From an uncultured Gammaproteobacteria bacterium (GTDB taxonomy: Bacteria > Pseudomonadota > Gammaproteobacteria > JAURND01): DNA of 64,000 nt. The stretch is taken from contig CAVQQD010000002.1 in assembly GCA_963714975.1 (NCBI GenBank), positions 384,001 to 448,000 of the forward strand, written 5' to 3'. The notes below the pieces were generated by a model. That model worked only from the letters and a program-made list of their open reading frames with translations, ran no database searches and was not told the DNA's origin. Shown one piece after another: positions 39,156 through 50,676 of the stretch (its first letter is position 1; each line of letters starts with the position of its first letter). The position numbers were made by a program, and so were the translations under genes.

Positions 39156-41834
39156 ATGGCAGAATCTAAAAATTTGCACTTGAATGATTTAGAAGAAGTC
39201 GAGGAGCATAAAAAATTTTTTCCTCAAACTGAAGAACATCCTGAGATTCCAAAATCAAAACCGTCTATACTCAACACTAATAACCCCAAAGAGAAAAAAA
39301 TACCAGTATCAGACAGCTTTACTCTACCCCAGAGCCAACTAGTTCCTGATCATCCTATTTCGGTGGCATCTCAAAGTTTATTACCACTCTCGCAGTTTAA
39401 CGACAATTCATTGCTCTCACTTTCTCAGGGGAACCTCGATGAGAAACTGAAAACTTCAACATCAAGCAACTTTAATATTTCAGATTTTATTTTCGATCAA
39501 GATAGGTCTATCGCTATAGACGAGCACAAATTAGATACCAATGAAGAGCATAAAAATGAGAAACAACCCTTAGGTGACATGCCGCCCATTTTGACTGAAC
39601 TCTTGCAGGAATTAGCGGCTGAATTGAAATTAGAAAAACCAAACCTAGAAACCCTAGATGCCGCGTTTACTGTGTTATATCAGCACTGTACTCGGTTGTC
39701 GATCGAGGGCTGGCAGCAGTTTTTGCCTTTAGTGCACCGCTACATGCAGCAATGCTTGCCGGAGCGTCATACCCTGTATGCCTATCACCAACAAAAAACG
39801 CATTCTAAGATTTTACAGCAAGCCCAACGCCTCTTGTGGCAGTATGAGCAAATTGGGGTGTATGCGCAGCAGAGTTTAAATCACTTGGTGGTGCATGAGT
39901 TTTATCGACAAGGAGCCATTCACTTAGTTAAAAAGGGTTACCACCATCCTGAGCAATGGCTTGGAGGACCTCAACCTCCTGGCGTTACGATCACCAAGCC
40001 AGTAGAAAAAATTGTTTTTGATGAGGCTAAAGCCCAAAGGCGTTGTCAAAATAATCCTAAACTAAAAAATTACTATGATGAATTTGTGCGGCATCTGGCG
40101 GCATGCTTATGTGCGGCCATCATTATTTCTTCGGAGCGTGTTGATCCTTCTCAAGGATTTACACAGACCATTACCGCAGCACTCATCGAGAAGCTTATTC
40201 CTGATATCTTACACCTGACTCCTCTCGCAGGCGGAAAGATCAGTGCGGTTGCTAAAATAATTCAAACCGTGTCTGATTTTGCCTTTAAGCTACGGGCACA
40301 GCGTGATGCTAGGCGCGTCTGCGCTTGGTCGTTAACCGCCTATGATAGCGGTCGATTAGCTCGATCACTCGGGTTGCGTTTGGCTTTATTACGCGAGCCC
40401 ACCCTCATGTCTACTTTTGCTCCCTCTGAGATTTCAACCCAATCCTCAGGTATCGATAAACTCAAAGAAATCAAAGAGTATGCCATTACTCAAGCAGAAG
40501 CGCTGACCGATCAAGCGATGGTTAGTTTGCAAGGATTGAAAGAAAGCAAAAATTTTGATTCCGCGGGAGCGCTGGCTTTAAAAGATACTGATAGGATGTT
40601 GGATTTGCTGCAACAACGCACCCCAAATACCCAGCATTGGGGAGGTTCAGATGATTGGCTCAATGCGAATGTGGGATTTTTAGTAGACCAATTTCAAAAG
40701 CAGCTGAATCAAAAACCTGTATCCAATTCATTTTTCTCAATACCGCAAAGTATTGTCTCCATAGAAATTTCTTGCCAATTAACAGCACCCAGCACCTCTT
40801 TCCCGTCTGCCCGATTTTATCAAGGCAGTTATCAACCATTGACTGAAACGACCTGGCTGCAGCATAAGCAGACGACTGATGCGGAAATGTGGCATAAGGA
40901 GCATGGGCGGCTGTGGGATTTACTCGATAAAACCAATTTGGATGCCTTGCTGAAGTTTCAACAACAAATACTGGAAGATTTACAGCTGTCCTTCGGATGG
41001 AGTGATGAGGAACGGCAAGCAGTTTTAGCCCACTATGTGCGCCCTTTATGGGCTCAGGACCTGGGAATCAAAGTACTTGCCCAAGCGATTCAAGGTGCTG
41101 CTCATCAACCCTGGTCCTCCTGGGAACCCCGCCATCAACAGCTACAAAGAGCATTAGAGCGTCTGCGCTCTCAAGACGGAGAATTAGCTGAAATCGTGGG
41201 TCGTTGCTATTTTCGTGCTCTGGCCGAATGGCAAGTGCAAGTAGCAGCGGCGAGTGAACGGCAAGCGCAAGAAGTGGAAAAATTAACCTTAGAACAAAAG
41301 CGGTGGGAAAACCGTGCTGAAACTTGGAAGAACGATTTTCACGCTAAGGTCAAAGAATTAGGGATAGATTTAAGCGCTCCGACACCCGGTGTACCACCTC
41401 TGACTGAAGAGCAACATAACATCTATGCGAATCCTGAACAATTTCGTCACCTTGCTGTCGCAATTTGGGGAAGTGGTCAGGATTTTAGTATATTAGAGCC
41501 CCATAGTCATTACTGGGAGTCCAACTGGAAAAGTGCCCGCAATCAGAACCGACCGGAAGCCAACCCGATGCATTTGGCGTTAAGTTGTGCTTATCGAGAA
41601 GCCCAGCACGCCATTGAGGATGCCGCTGCCAGCAAACACCATGCGCTCCATGCGCGCCGGGAATCCTTGAAACAACAACAGATGCAAAGCAAAACGACGG
41701 CAGAGGCAATTACTAAAATATTCCAGGCTCAAAGAGTAACAGAACACAAACCCCACGGACATGTGCAACCCACTACACTTCCACAACTTCCTAGTGTGGT
41801 GAAAGTGCTGGATCAGAAAACTCCCTCCCTTAAA
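39156..41834 (+). pseudogene. 5' part of a giant effector-like gene split by the IS1380 element
   Basis: ORF reads into the IS IR; removing the IS and one TTAAA joins it in frame to 43552..48492. Confidence 0.8.
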
Positions 41835-43546
41835 CCTAAAAACGGCAGTTGAAGGACTTCCTAACCGATAAAACTCTGATCAAATATCTTCCAACAAAGT
41901 ACCTTTTTTTCAATTTTATGTGGGTGCTGATAAACCAAGTGGTGGCTGCAGCGACTTTCCATTTAAATATTTTCCTACTGCTTGGCTCAAAATTCGATAC
42001 CAACATTGATCATGTGTTAACTGCTCCGCATCTTTTTTTAATCCTTTAAAAAATTTCACCACGCGGCTTAATAACATTTGAACTTTATTAATATTTCCAT
42101 GCGTGCTGCTGATAACAATGTGTGTTTGTCTTGCATGGACAGTTTGTTTTGCCATAGCATGCAATAATAAGGGACGACTCGTAATAGCTTCTAAATGTTT
42201 GTCAGGTTCTGCCAGGCGAGCAAATATATTCCACCAATTATAAATAAGAGCAACCACGCGCGACATAAAGCGGCAACGCTTCATGTCTTGGGTTGTAAAC
42301 CCGCTCCAACCCCATTGATTTTTCAATTCATCAAATATATTTTCACTGTCCGCACGATCGCGATAATGTTGCGCAATAGTCAGTATTTCATCCGGTAATG
42401 AAGTAACTAATACAGCGTATTCATAAACATAGGTTTTATCATCAACCTCACCAAAACATATCTCTAATTGTTTTGTTCCTGCATGTTGTGAAATAAGCAT
42501 TAAATTTTTTTGTATTTTTTTTCTCAACACGATGACTCGACGCGATCTTTCCCAACCATCTAATTTCAATAAGGCATCAGTCCCTTCCCAGCCCTGATCA
42601 GCAAAATACCAATCTTGACGAACCATTTTTACTTCTTCTATTAAACGCTTTACATTCTTCGTTGATTTCAATTTAAATAAATAGGGTATTTGCTTTTCTT
42701 CAGCAATTTTCATCACACCATCTGTACCAAAAGCACAATCACCTCGCAAAAATTGAGGCCACTGTGCACGCGGAATACGATCTAATAATTCCCATAAATC
42801 AGGCGCCGAATAACTGGATGCCATTTGATTACCAGGCTGTACTTCAACATCCAGTACTAAACGTAAATTGGCGATAAAATAGGAATGATAGGTATGAGAA
42901 GGGCGGCCAGGTTTTGTTGGATTATAACCCAATACAGCTCCTTCCTGTTTTCCATAAAGTACTTTAACTGTGGTATCAACATCTAATATCCATGGCACAC
43001 TCAGCAATGGCACATAACATTTATTTAAATGTTTTTGTAGCCATACTATTCCAGCTTCTTCTTCCATTTTTACAAAAGCACGCCGGAGTGAATCTTCACT
43101 CACTATTTTTTTCATACCCAATAAATCTGGATTTACTCCATCACAACGCAATGTAGTGATATGAGCATAGCGACTATGACCTGCTAAAACAGCTAATAAC
43201 AGCGTACCTAAAATGTCACGATTTGAAGGAGCGTTGGGACTTACTAATTGCAATGGACAATCTTCAACCCAAGGGTCAAATAAATTTCCAATCTTTAAAA
43301 ATTCAATAAAAAATGCCAATTGTCCTAGCGGAGTTACAGCAGCTTGAGGATCCCATTCCACATAGATGCGACCACCAAAAGTATCTAGGGCTAATGAGAC
43401 ATTTTTGGCTAATAAATTTTCTTCTTTTAAGTCTTCTGGCAGTTCACCCGTTGGGTGAAGAGGAGCCGGAGGTAGTTTCATGCGATTTCCCCTGTAATTT
43501 TGTTATAAGGGTCGCATTATCTCATAGTTCAACTGCTTTTTTTAGG
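41835..43546 (-). mobile_element. IS1380-family insertion sequence
   Basis: IRs CCTAAAAACGGCAGTTGAA / TTCAACTGCTTTTTTTAGG; 5-bp target duplication TTAAA. Confidence 0.88.
41916..43481 (-). CDS. IS1380-family DDE transposase
   Basis: LDVDTT...GKQEGA.LGYNP.KPG; LRGDCAF; YRDRADSENIFDELK. Confidence 0.88.
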   Translation of the reverse strand: MKLPPAPLHPTGELPEDLKEENLLAKNVSLALDTFGGRIYVEWDPQAAVTPLGQLAFFIEFLKIGNLFDPWVEDCPLQLVSPNAPSNRDILGTLLLAVLAGHSRYAHITTLRCDGVNPDLLGMKKIVSEDSLRRAFVKMEEEAGIVWLQKHLNKCYVPLLSVPWILDVDTTVKVLYGKQEGAVLGYNPTKPGRPSHTYHSYFIANLRLVLDVEVQPGNQMASSYSAPDLWELLDRIPRAQWPQFLRGDCAFGTDGVMKIAEEKQIPYLFKLKSTKNVKRLIEEVKMVRQDWYFADQGWEGTDALLKLDGWERSRRVIVLRKKIQKNLMLISQHAGTKQLEICFGEVDDKTYVYEYAVLVTSLPDEILTIAQHYRDRADSENIFDELKNQWGWSGFTTQDMKRCRFMSRVVALIYNWWNIFARLAEPDKHLEAITSRPLLLHAMAKQTVHARQTHIVISSTHGNINKVQMLLSRVVKFFKGLKKDAEQLTHDQCWYRILSQAVGKYLNGKSLQPPLGLSAPT

Positions 43547-43551
43547 TTAAA

Positions 43552-46500
43552 AAATCCTTCCAAGAGCGGGTTACCGAATTTTGGCAATGGGCGGCCCAAG
43601 AAGCGAGCGAGTTAGAACGCCAACTGGGTAATCCCCCCTGCGGCTTTAGTTTCCTAGCCTGGCCAGTCGATGGTCCCCAGATATTGCAAGGAATTTGGCG
43701 CTGTGGTTTTTTTCTCACCGAGCCTGCTAAGGTGGACCATCTCTATTGGCGCCGGTATTATGGTTTCCTGCAAGAACGTTTGAAGACCTTAACCCAGCTT
43801 CTGGCCTTACCCCTGCAATGGACAGAACCCACTCAGGCCGAGCAATATCAAATCGACTCCCAAAGTGTGATTCCTTATCGTCATGTGGCTTGTTGTTTGA
43901 GGGTCAGCGAGGCTGAAGCGCAGCAAGCACAGCATTTATGGCCAAGTTATCAAGAGCGCATCCAGGCCAGGCTTGCTGAAGTCACTTTACTAGAACACAA
44001 AATGCCTCTCTCACGTGCCCTAGCGCAGCAAGACATGAAGGCTACACTTACTCCTGTGCCTGCTGCGATGAAACAAACAGTCGCAAAGCATCTAGTATGT
44101 GACCCGATTGCTACGTTACTGCGTCCTTTGCAATTATGGTTACGGGATGCCGCCAGCTTTTATGGCCTGGCTCCAGATACACCAGAAAATCTGTTGAATG
44201 CATTGCAAACCCAGGGTTATCTGCACCCGGACTTTATTACCGATTTGCGTGCAGCTTACACCTGGGCATTGGCTCACAGTGAAGCGTTGCAGGATGCTTG
44301 GATACATGAAGAGCCACCAGTCGGTCTTAAACTTGGGCAAGCCATTTTGCTTGCAGAGAATGAGGCAGTACCCGAGCAATACCATAGCGCTTTTTATTTA
44401 TCCGCTCGACACTATCGACAGCACTGTCGTTACACCTTAGAAGTACTGCAACAAACTTATAGGGTGACGTATGCGCGTTGGTGCCACCAGGAAGCAATTC
44501 CTAAGGCCTTTAATCCCGTGGCCTTTCAGGCTAACTATTTATTAGAGCAAGCGGCCAACTCAGAGTTAACGGATCGACAAGCCTTTGGGGTTTTAGACTC
44601 TATTATTGAAGCGATCGCCCATCATCCCTCACTGCGAAAATCAGCGGATTGGCAACTCGCTAATTTTTTACAATTAAGCGAAGCACGGAAATTGTATTAT
44701 GTAGAACATCTGGCTCCTTATTTAACTTATGGGGAGCAAGACGCTCCTGAGGGGCTTATACAGCAGCTTCTGAATGTCCCAGAATTGAGTGGTCGGCGCC
44801 TACGTTGGGTCAAGGAACAAAGGGAATGGCAGGAGCGACTGCTCCCAATGCTTTGGGCAGAAAACAAGGCGACGACTACGACAGGATTACCCCCTGCTCA
44901 GAGTTCTGAAGCGTCGACTTCTTCAACAAACAGAGAGCACGATACTTCAATACAACCTCCTATCCGGGAGGAAAAAGACCAGGTAACGCCGAATGAAATA
45001 AAGGCGACGGTACCACCCATTCAGATGAGTGTGGTACGGCAAATCCAAAGCAATGGTGAATTACTTTGGCAAGTCCAGACACACGTACTCAACCCCAAAA
45101 TAGCTGAGAAACTTTTTGATTCTAAAGGACAATGGCTCCCAAAGGATCCCAAAGTTCCGGGGAATCATCGCGTTTTCCCCATCAAAATTGACAATCAACG
45201 GTTTTGGGTCAAGGTTTATCCCGAGCAACCCGCTATAGAGTGGATTGTTCACCAATTGGATCGCCGCTTGGGAGTATTTGGTACCCCACGCTTTGAAGTG
45301 GTGAAATTTCATCACGGGGGTCAAACTTCTTGTGCATTACTTAGTGAGCATGTCATGGGGTCTACACTGAAAAAGGTTATTCAAGAAAAACCTCAAAGAC
45401 TCGCCGAGTTGGATTTTATTTCGTTCGCTCGTACTTTATTGCGCGTTTTGCTGATTAATCCTGAGGATGATAAAGATGATGATTACTTGCTTGAAATGCA
45501 GCCAAACGGTCAACTGCATTTAAAACGAATTGATAACGATCGCGCATTTTTTGAACCCTTTACAGCAGAGGGCAATTACTTTTTTAGCAAGGCGACTTTG
45601 CAAGTCAAAAGTGTGGTGTATTGTTTGGAACAAATGCGTCAAAACTGGCCTTGCGAGCCCATGATTCAAAGCCTTTTGGAAGAATGGCGGCAGATACAAC
45701 CCCTGACGCTGATGCAAGATTTATTGGATCAGGCTACGGAACAACAGCTGGCGTGGAAAGAATTGTTTTCATCCACTGAGGTTGAGGATCATTTTAATTT
45801 GCCTGACCCTGATAAATGTTTAGCCGTGATGTTTTTCCCCCCCGGAGTTACCAAGGAAGTTATCAACCGATTGACTTTGATGCAAAATTCGCTTCGCGTA
45901 GCGGCCCAAAAACTTGCTGAAGCTAAAAGCTTTGATACTGACTCAAAGCCCAAAACGCCTAGTTTTTACCCACTGCATGGATTGACTTTACTGTGCGATA
46001 CTCAGCCGAAACTAGGGCGGTATTATGCTAAACCCCATGGGGAGCATGTCAGTTCACAGGGCCAAGAACCTAAGCACAGTGCTGAAGTTACGTGTGATCA
46101 TAGTCAAGTAGCTCATCGTTTTTCCCAAGCAGTGGGTTCTTGGTATAAAAGAAATACTCAAGGGGAAATGACAACTAATATATCAAGTTTCAAAGCTTTT
46201 CAATTGAGTGTTCGGTTACAAAAACCTTTAGAAATTCAGCAATTAAGCAATATGTGGCTCGGACAAGAATTCAGTCCTCAGCAAGAATTAAATGGGTTAA
46301 AAGAGTGGCGGATGACACGTCTACTCGATTTAGAACAAAAAATGTTAGCGCCTAGGTCCACTGTATTAGCTGAATCAAAAATATTACCCCAAAATGTAAG
46401 TCTTACCTCTCAAGATGAAGAAAAACTTTGGCAAAATCATCATGCACATGCAGCAGAGGAATTTCGGGCCTTACCACAGCCCCAACGCGAGAAAATATGG

Positions 46501-48492
46501 AATAATTTTTATTTAAAACTGCGGCGTCAACAGCTGAATGATCCGCAGCAATTAATTATACTCCATGCCATGATCGGAGCTGGTTGGCGGAAACTTGATT
46601 TGAGTGTATTTAATCCTAAATTAATTACCGACGAAAAGGTAATGGCATTACTGAGAGGGACACAGACAGCATTACCTGTCATACCTTTGCTTGAGCTTAA
46701 TCTGAATGGTTGTTATCGCTTATCGGAAAATATTTTAGATATAATTCACCGTTACAGCTATGAAACCCTTGAGCGCTTATACTGTAATCGCCTACTGTGG
46801 CAAAACATTGTTTTGGAAAATTGGGATCGATTGCTTTATTTTAAAGGTATAGGCACTAAAGTTTCGCAGTTCGTCATGAATAGGGTGCCTAAATTAGAGA
46901 AATTAAACTTATCTAAAACAACAACTCTGGTAACGCTCAGTGGGACTGCGCCAGAATTAGCTTATGTAAACGTGGATGGCTGCCACCAGTTACGGCATAT
47001 TGGTAAGCCAGGAGTAATTACGGGTCAGCCCTTGAATGCCCCGCAGTTAAAAGTGTTAAATATCGCCAAGTGTGTCAATTTAGAATATCTGTGTTTACCC
47101 AAAACACTTTTTTATGAAGTTATTATTTCACAACTACCCGAGTATCCTAAATTACAGGCGATCGAGTTACAAATCGATCAAGATTTTATTTCTATACCGA
47201 GCTATGCTATCCTCCCTCTGATTGCGCAAAACAGGACTTTAGATTGTGACGGCGCAGGATTGTCCTCGTCACAAATTACTAAGTTAACTGCTTATTTGGC
47301 GCATGATCAATTTTTCAACCATGTAGACTTGAGCAATAATCGTTTCATTTGGGATTTGCCTGGATGGGAACAGGAAGCATTGCTTGCTTTAGGCAAGGCA
47401 TTGGCGAGTAATAAAACCATTACGCATCTTAATATAAGTCGCCATGCGGTGAATATAGGGGATAGATGGCATGGTATGGAGGAAATACCACTACGTACTT
47501 GCCAATTGTTTTGCGATATGGTTGAACATAGCTCACTGATTAGTCTGGACATGTGGGGGGTTTGGGTGCATCCCTATGCAATTAAAAGGATCAGTGCAGC
47601 TGCCCGAGCGAATCCAACATTCCAAGAACTGAGGCATCATTATATCCACCATGTGGTCTCGGTATGGAATAAAAAGGGGGAAAAAAAACAATGGGTAAAA
47701 AAAGATGACTGTATCCAAAAGATACCGCAGTTAACTGAGGCTAAAACTCCTATAACCGGTAAACTCGAAAATTTCTCCTCTGCAATGCCTGGTGAAGCAG
47801 AGCCTTTGCAACAGGTCTCAAGTAGTAATTCCCTATTTGAAAGTCCAGTGGTATTTTTTTCTACTCCTGATTCAAAGCAGACTAGCGCAATGGGTGTAAA
47901 CAAAACAGTCACACCCACCTTTATCCGATGCCAAAACCAATTAATCAAAGAATGTGAACAAGGTAATTTGGCTGGTGTCATGAAATGGATTGCTAAAGGT
48001 GCCCAAGTGAATGAATCGAATGCGGAGGGAAAAAAACCTTTATATTCAGCCGTATATGGCCTGAATTTTCGGATAGTACAATATTTAATACAACAGCATA
48101 AAAAAGGGGTGGAATCTATTAGTTGGAAAGGTTGTGAGGAGCACAATATAAAACATTATGGCAAAACATTTCTTATGGAAAAGCGTATTGTCGAGACTAA
48201 TGAGGATTGGTGTCATTTAATGGAAACGACTCAAGAGAGTGAATTTTTGGATGGGTACCTGTTAAGTAAATATCCAAACACACATAAGTGGCAGTTCGCG
48301 AGGTTCGAAGTTGCTTGTTACCAACATGAAAAGGCGGATAGTGGGGTTGCAAAGCCTCTTTCTCAAGACATGATGGTGTGGTGGATAACAACAGCTGAGG
48401 GGTTGGAAGTACTGAAAGAGCAAATTATATCTGAATTGCAGCAACAGGAGTGCTCCAGCCAGAGTAAAAGCACCATGACATCTACATCCTAG
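43552..48492 (+). CDS. 3' part of the giant effector: degenerate nucleotidyltransferase-like region, PI3/4-kinase-like domain, LRRs and one ankyrin-like module
   Basis: LGNPPCGFSFLA; VKVYPEQP..E; LINPEDDKDDDY; RIDNDRAF; LxxLxLxxC repeats; QNQLIKECEQG...KPLYSAVYG. Confidence 0.7.
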   Translation, partial: KSFQERVTEFWQWAAQEASELERQLGNPPCGFSFLAWPVDGPQILQGIWRCGFFLTEPAKVDHLYWRRYYGFLQERLKTLTQLLALPLQWTEPTQAEQYQIDSQSVIPYRHVACCLRVSEAEAQQAQHLWPSYQERIQARLAEVTLLEHKMPLSRALAQQDMKATLTPVPAAMKQTVAKHLVCDPIATLLRPLQLWLRDAASFYGLAPDTPENLLNALQTQGYLHPDFITDLRAAYTWALAHSEALQDAWIHEEPPVGLKLGQAILLAENEAVPEQYHSAFYLSARHYRQHCRYTLEVLQQTYRVTYARWCHQEAIPKAFNPVAFQANYLLEQAANSELTDRQAFGVLDSIIEAIAHHPSLRKSADWQLANFLQLSEARKLYYVEHLAPYLTYGEQDAPEGLIQQLLNVPELSGRRLRWVKEQREWQERLLPMLWAENKATTTTGLPPAQSSEASTSSTNREHDTSIQPPIREEKDQVTPNEIKATVPPIQMSVVRQIQSNGELLWQVQTHVLNPKIAEKLFDSKGQWLPKDPKVPGNHRVFPIKIDNQRFWVKVYPEQPAIEWIVHQLDRRLGVFGTPRFEVVKFHHGGQTSCALLSEHVMGSTLKKVIQEKPQRLAELDFISFARTLLRVLLINPEDDKDDDYLLEMQPNGQLHLKRIDNDRAFFEPFTAEGNYFFSKATLQVKSVVYCLEQMRQNWPCEPMIQSLLEEWRQIQPLTLMQDLLDQATEQQLAWKELFSSTEVEDHFNLPDPDKCLAVMFFPPGVTKEVINRLTLMQNSLRVAAQKLAEAKSFDTDSKPKTPSFYPLHGLTLLCDTQPKLGRYYAKPHGEHVSSQGQEPKHSAEVTCDHSQVAHRFSQAVGSWYKRNTQGEMTTNISSFKAFQLSVRLQKPLEIQQLSNMWLGQEFSPQQELNGLKEWRMTRLLDLEQKMLAPRSTVLAESKILPQNVSLTSQDEEKLWQNHHAHAAEEFRALPQPQREKIWNNFYLKLRRQQLNDPQQLIILHAMIGAGWRKLDLSVFNPKLITDEKVMALLRGTQTALPVIPLLELNLNGCYRLSENILDIIHRYSYETLERLYCNRLLWQNIVLENWDRLLYFKGIGTKVSQFVMNRVPKLEKLNLSKTTTLVTLSGTAPELAYVNVDGCHQLRHIGKPGVITGQPLNAPQLKVLNIAKCVNLEYLCLPKTLFYEVIISQLPEYPKLQAIELQIDQDFISIPSYAILPLIAQNRTLDCDGAGLSSSQITKLTAYLAHDQFFNHVDLSNNRFIWDLPGWEQEALLALGKALASNKTITHLNISRHAVNIGDRWHGMEEIPLRTCQLFCDMVEHSSLISLDMWGVWVHPYAIKRISAAARANPTFQELRHHYIHHVVSVWNKKGEKKQWVKKDDCIQKIPQLTEAKTPITGKLENFSSAMPGEAEPLQQVSSSNSLFESPVVFFSTPDSKQTSAMGVNKTVTPTFIRCQNQLIKECEQGNLAGVMKWIAKGAQVNESNAEGKKPLYSAVYGLNFRIVQYLIQQHKKGVESISWKGCEEHNIKHYGKTFLMEKRIVETNEDWCHLMETTQESEFLDGYLLSKYPNTHKWQFARFEVACYQHEKADSGVAKPLSQDMMVWWITTAEGLEVLKEQIISELQQQECSSQSKSTMTSTS

Positions 48493-48575
48493 CTTTGAAA
48501 ATCCCAAGGCTTTTAATAATTTTTTAAGCATTTTCCCGTGGTGTTTTGCGATTTTTTAAAGGGTTGCATTATATA

Positions 48576-50184
48576 CTTGATTCCGCAGTTTTGAGCGGTG
48601 CACAATAGGGTAGAATAAGATCGGGCTACTGAAACAGCTCCTGTTTTCGCTCTGCAAAAACAATCAACGCTAAACCAGTAGGCCGATACGAGGTATATTA
48701 CCTATCCCGATCATTCAAAACAAGGTAAATGCCTATGCTAATTCGTCCAATCCAGTGGGTTGTTGATTATATTGGCGCACTAAATGAGTCACTTCAAAAG
48801 ATATCATCAAAGCCATTAACGAAAAGTCAGTGCGGATGGTTTACCATTGTTTTGATGAGGCTAATTGTAGCGGGAACTTTTAATTGGGCTGCATTTGAAA
48901 GACGCAGCCTTGGTGAATGCAAAGAAAGTGGTTTGAGATGGGTATTTCGTCACGCAAAAATAGCCTGGGTTTATTTGCTACAAGCCAGCTTAATTCATAT
49001 TTTTTCGCACTATGAGATACAAAAGGGGGTTTTGGTTCTTGATGATTCTGACAAAATGCGCTCACGAAACACATCTAAAATAGCTGGTGTGCATAAAGTC
49101 AAAGATAAAAAGACGGGCGGATATTTTGAAGGACAAGAATTCCTTTTTCTTTTACTGGTCACAGAAAAAATTACTGTTCCAGTTGGTTTTCGATTTTATA
49201 TTCCAAATCCAGAGCTAAAGAAATGGAAAGAAACAGTGAAAGCAGAGAAAATAGCAGGAATCACTGCTAAAAATCGCACAAAACGCCCAGAGATAAATCC
49301 GGAATATCCGAGCAAACAAATGCTTGGATTGGATTTACTAAAAACGTTTTCGGAAAATCATCCGGATATTACTGTACAAGCTGTGTTGGCTGATGCGCTT
49401 TATGGCAACCAAGAGTTTATGGATGGAGCCGCAAAAGTAACAAATTGCGAACAAGTTATTAGTCAACTACGAAAAAATCAGTTAGTAACCTATCGTGGGA
49501 AAAATATTCCACTTACAACTTATTTTTCTCGCACTGCTGGCGTTGCCTGTAATCTTAGCGTGCGTGGTGGTGAAACAAAAAAAGTGACTGTTCTTGCAGC
49601 AAGATTGCGCGTTGTGTCACATAAAAAGAAGCGCTTTGTCATTGCATTAAAATATGAAGGTGAAACAGACTATCGCTTTATTGTCGCCCGAAATCTTACA
49701 TGGCGACACATGGATATTGTGCGAACTTACACGTTAAGATGGCTCGTGGAGGTTTTTATTGCGGACTGGAAAGGACATGGGGGCTGGAGGAATACATTGA
49801 GCAAACAACAAGGCGTTGAAGGCGCTGCGAATGGCGTAACGCTGAGCCTGTTGTGCGATCATCTTTTACTCCTGCATCCATCACAATCTGTCCTCATGAA
49901 AAACAAACAACCCGGAATGTCCGTTGGTTGCCTAATAGAGCGCATTAATTCAGAAGCGCTGATTGATGGAGTAAGTCATATTGTTAATTCAGATGAACCA
50001 AAAAAGGAGCTGAAAAAATTTGCTATGGCGCTAGAAAATTCGATACCTAATCGTTCATCTAGCAAGCATCTTGTTGGTAGAGATTTAGGAAGAATGGAAC
50101 CTACGGCATCGCTTCGATATCAAAAAGCGGCTTAATTCATTCATATGATGATTAATTGCAACTGCTAAAAACTGCGGAATCAAG
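48576..50184 (+). mobile_element. Insertion sequence (IS701/IS4-like DDE)
   Basis: IRs CTTGATTCCGCAGTTTT / AAAACTGCGGAATCAAG; TATATA on both flanks. Confidence 0.85.
48729..50135 (+). CDS. DDE transposase
   Basis: VLDDSD; LADALYG; YTLRWLVEVFIADWK. Confidence 0.85.
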   Translation: MPMLIRPIQWVVDYIGALNESLQKISSKPLTKSQCGWFTIVLMRLIVAGTFNWAAFERRSLGECKESGLRWVFRHAKIAWVYLLQASLIHIFSHYEIQKGVLVLDDSDKMRSRNTSKIAGVHKVKDKKTGGYFEGQEFLFLLLVTEKITVPVGFRFYIPNPELKKWKETVKAEKIAGITAKNRTKRPEINPEYPSKQMLGLDLLKTFSENHPDITVQAVLADALYGNQEFMDGAAKVTNCEQVISQLRKNQLVTYRGKNIPLTTYFSRTAGVACNLSVRGGETKKVTVLAARLRVVSHKKKRFVIALKYEGETDYRFIVARNLTWRHMDIVRTYTLRWLVEVFIADWKGHGGWRNTLSKQQGVEGAANGVTLSLLCDHLLLLHPSQSVLMKNKQPGMSVGCLIERINSEALIDGVSHIVNSDEPKKELKKFAMALENSIPNRSSSKHLVGRDLGRMEPTASLRYQKAA

Positions 50185-50676
50185 TATATAGGAAAATAAA
50201 ATAACTTATGCGGTACATTCAAGGCTGTATTAGCCAATAGGCTGACGTGGCCCACTTGCGGTTCAGGAAGTCCTGTCCTCACTCTAAGAACTTACAGCAT
50301 GAGGTTTGAATTTCGAAGAATAGTGCGCTGAATCGCCTAAAAAAATGAGAGTATTACTAGTCTTACCATTTTGTTGGGTGCGCTACATAAAAACCTACCC
50401 AATGAACCATTATTGAGATAGCCGGAATTTAGTTATTTCCGACAGGGGGCTATGGTTTTTAACAAGAACTTATTTTTAAAAGCTATCCGCAAATAAAACA
50501 CAATGGAATTTTGCTTGTAACTGATTACCTGTAGTTCCCCAAAGTTAGCGAGCAATCAGGAAAATATATGATTTGTTCCCCCTACAGAGGGCAAGGAATT
50601 TATTTTAAACGTACTTCATAATTCCTTAATAAGTCTCATGTACTATAAATTTACTTTATTTTTTTAAGAGGGCTTT

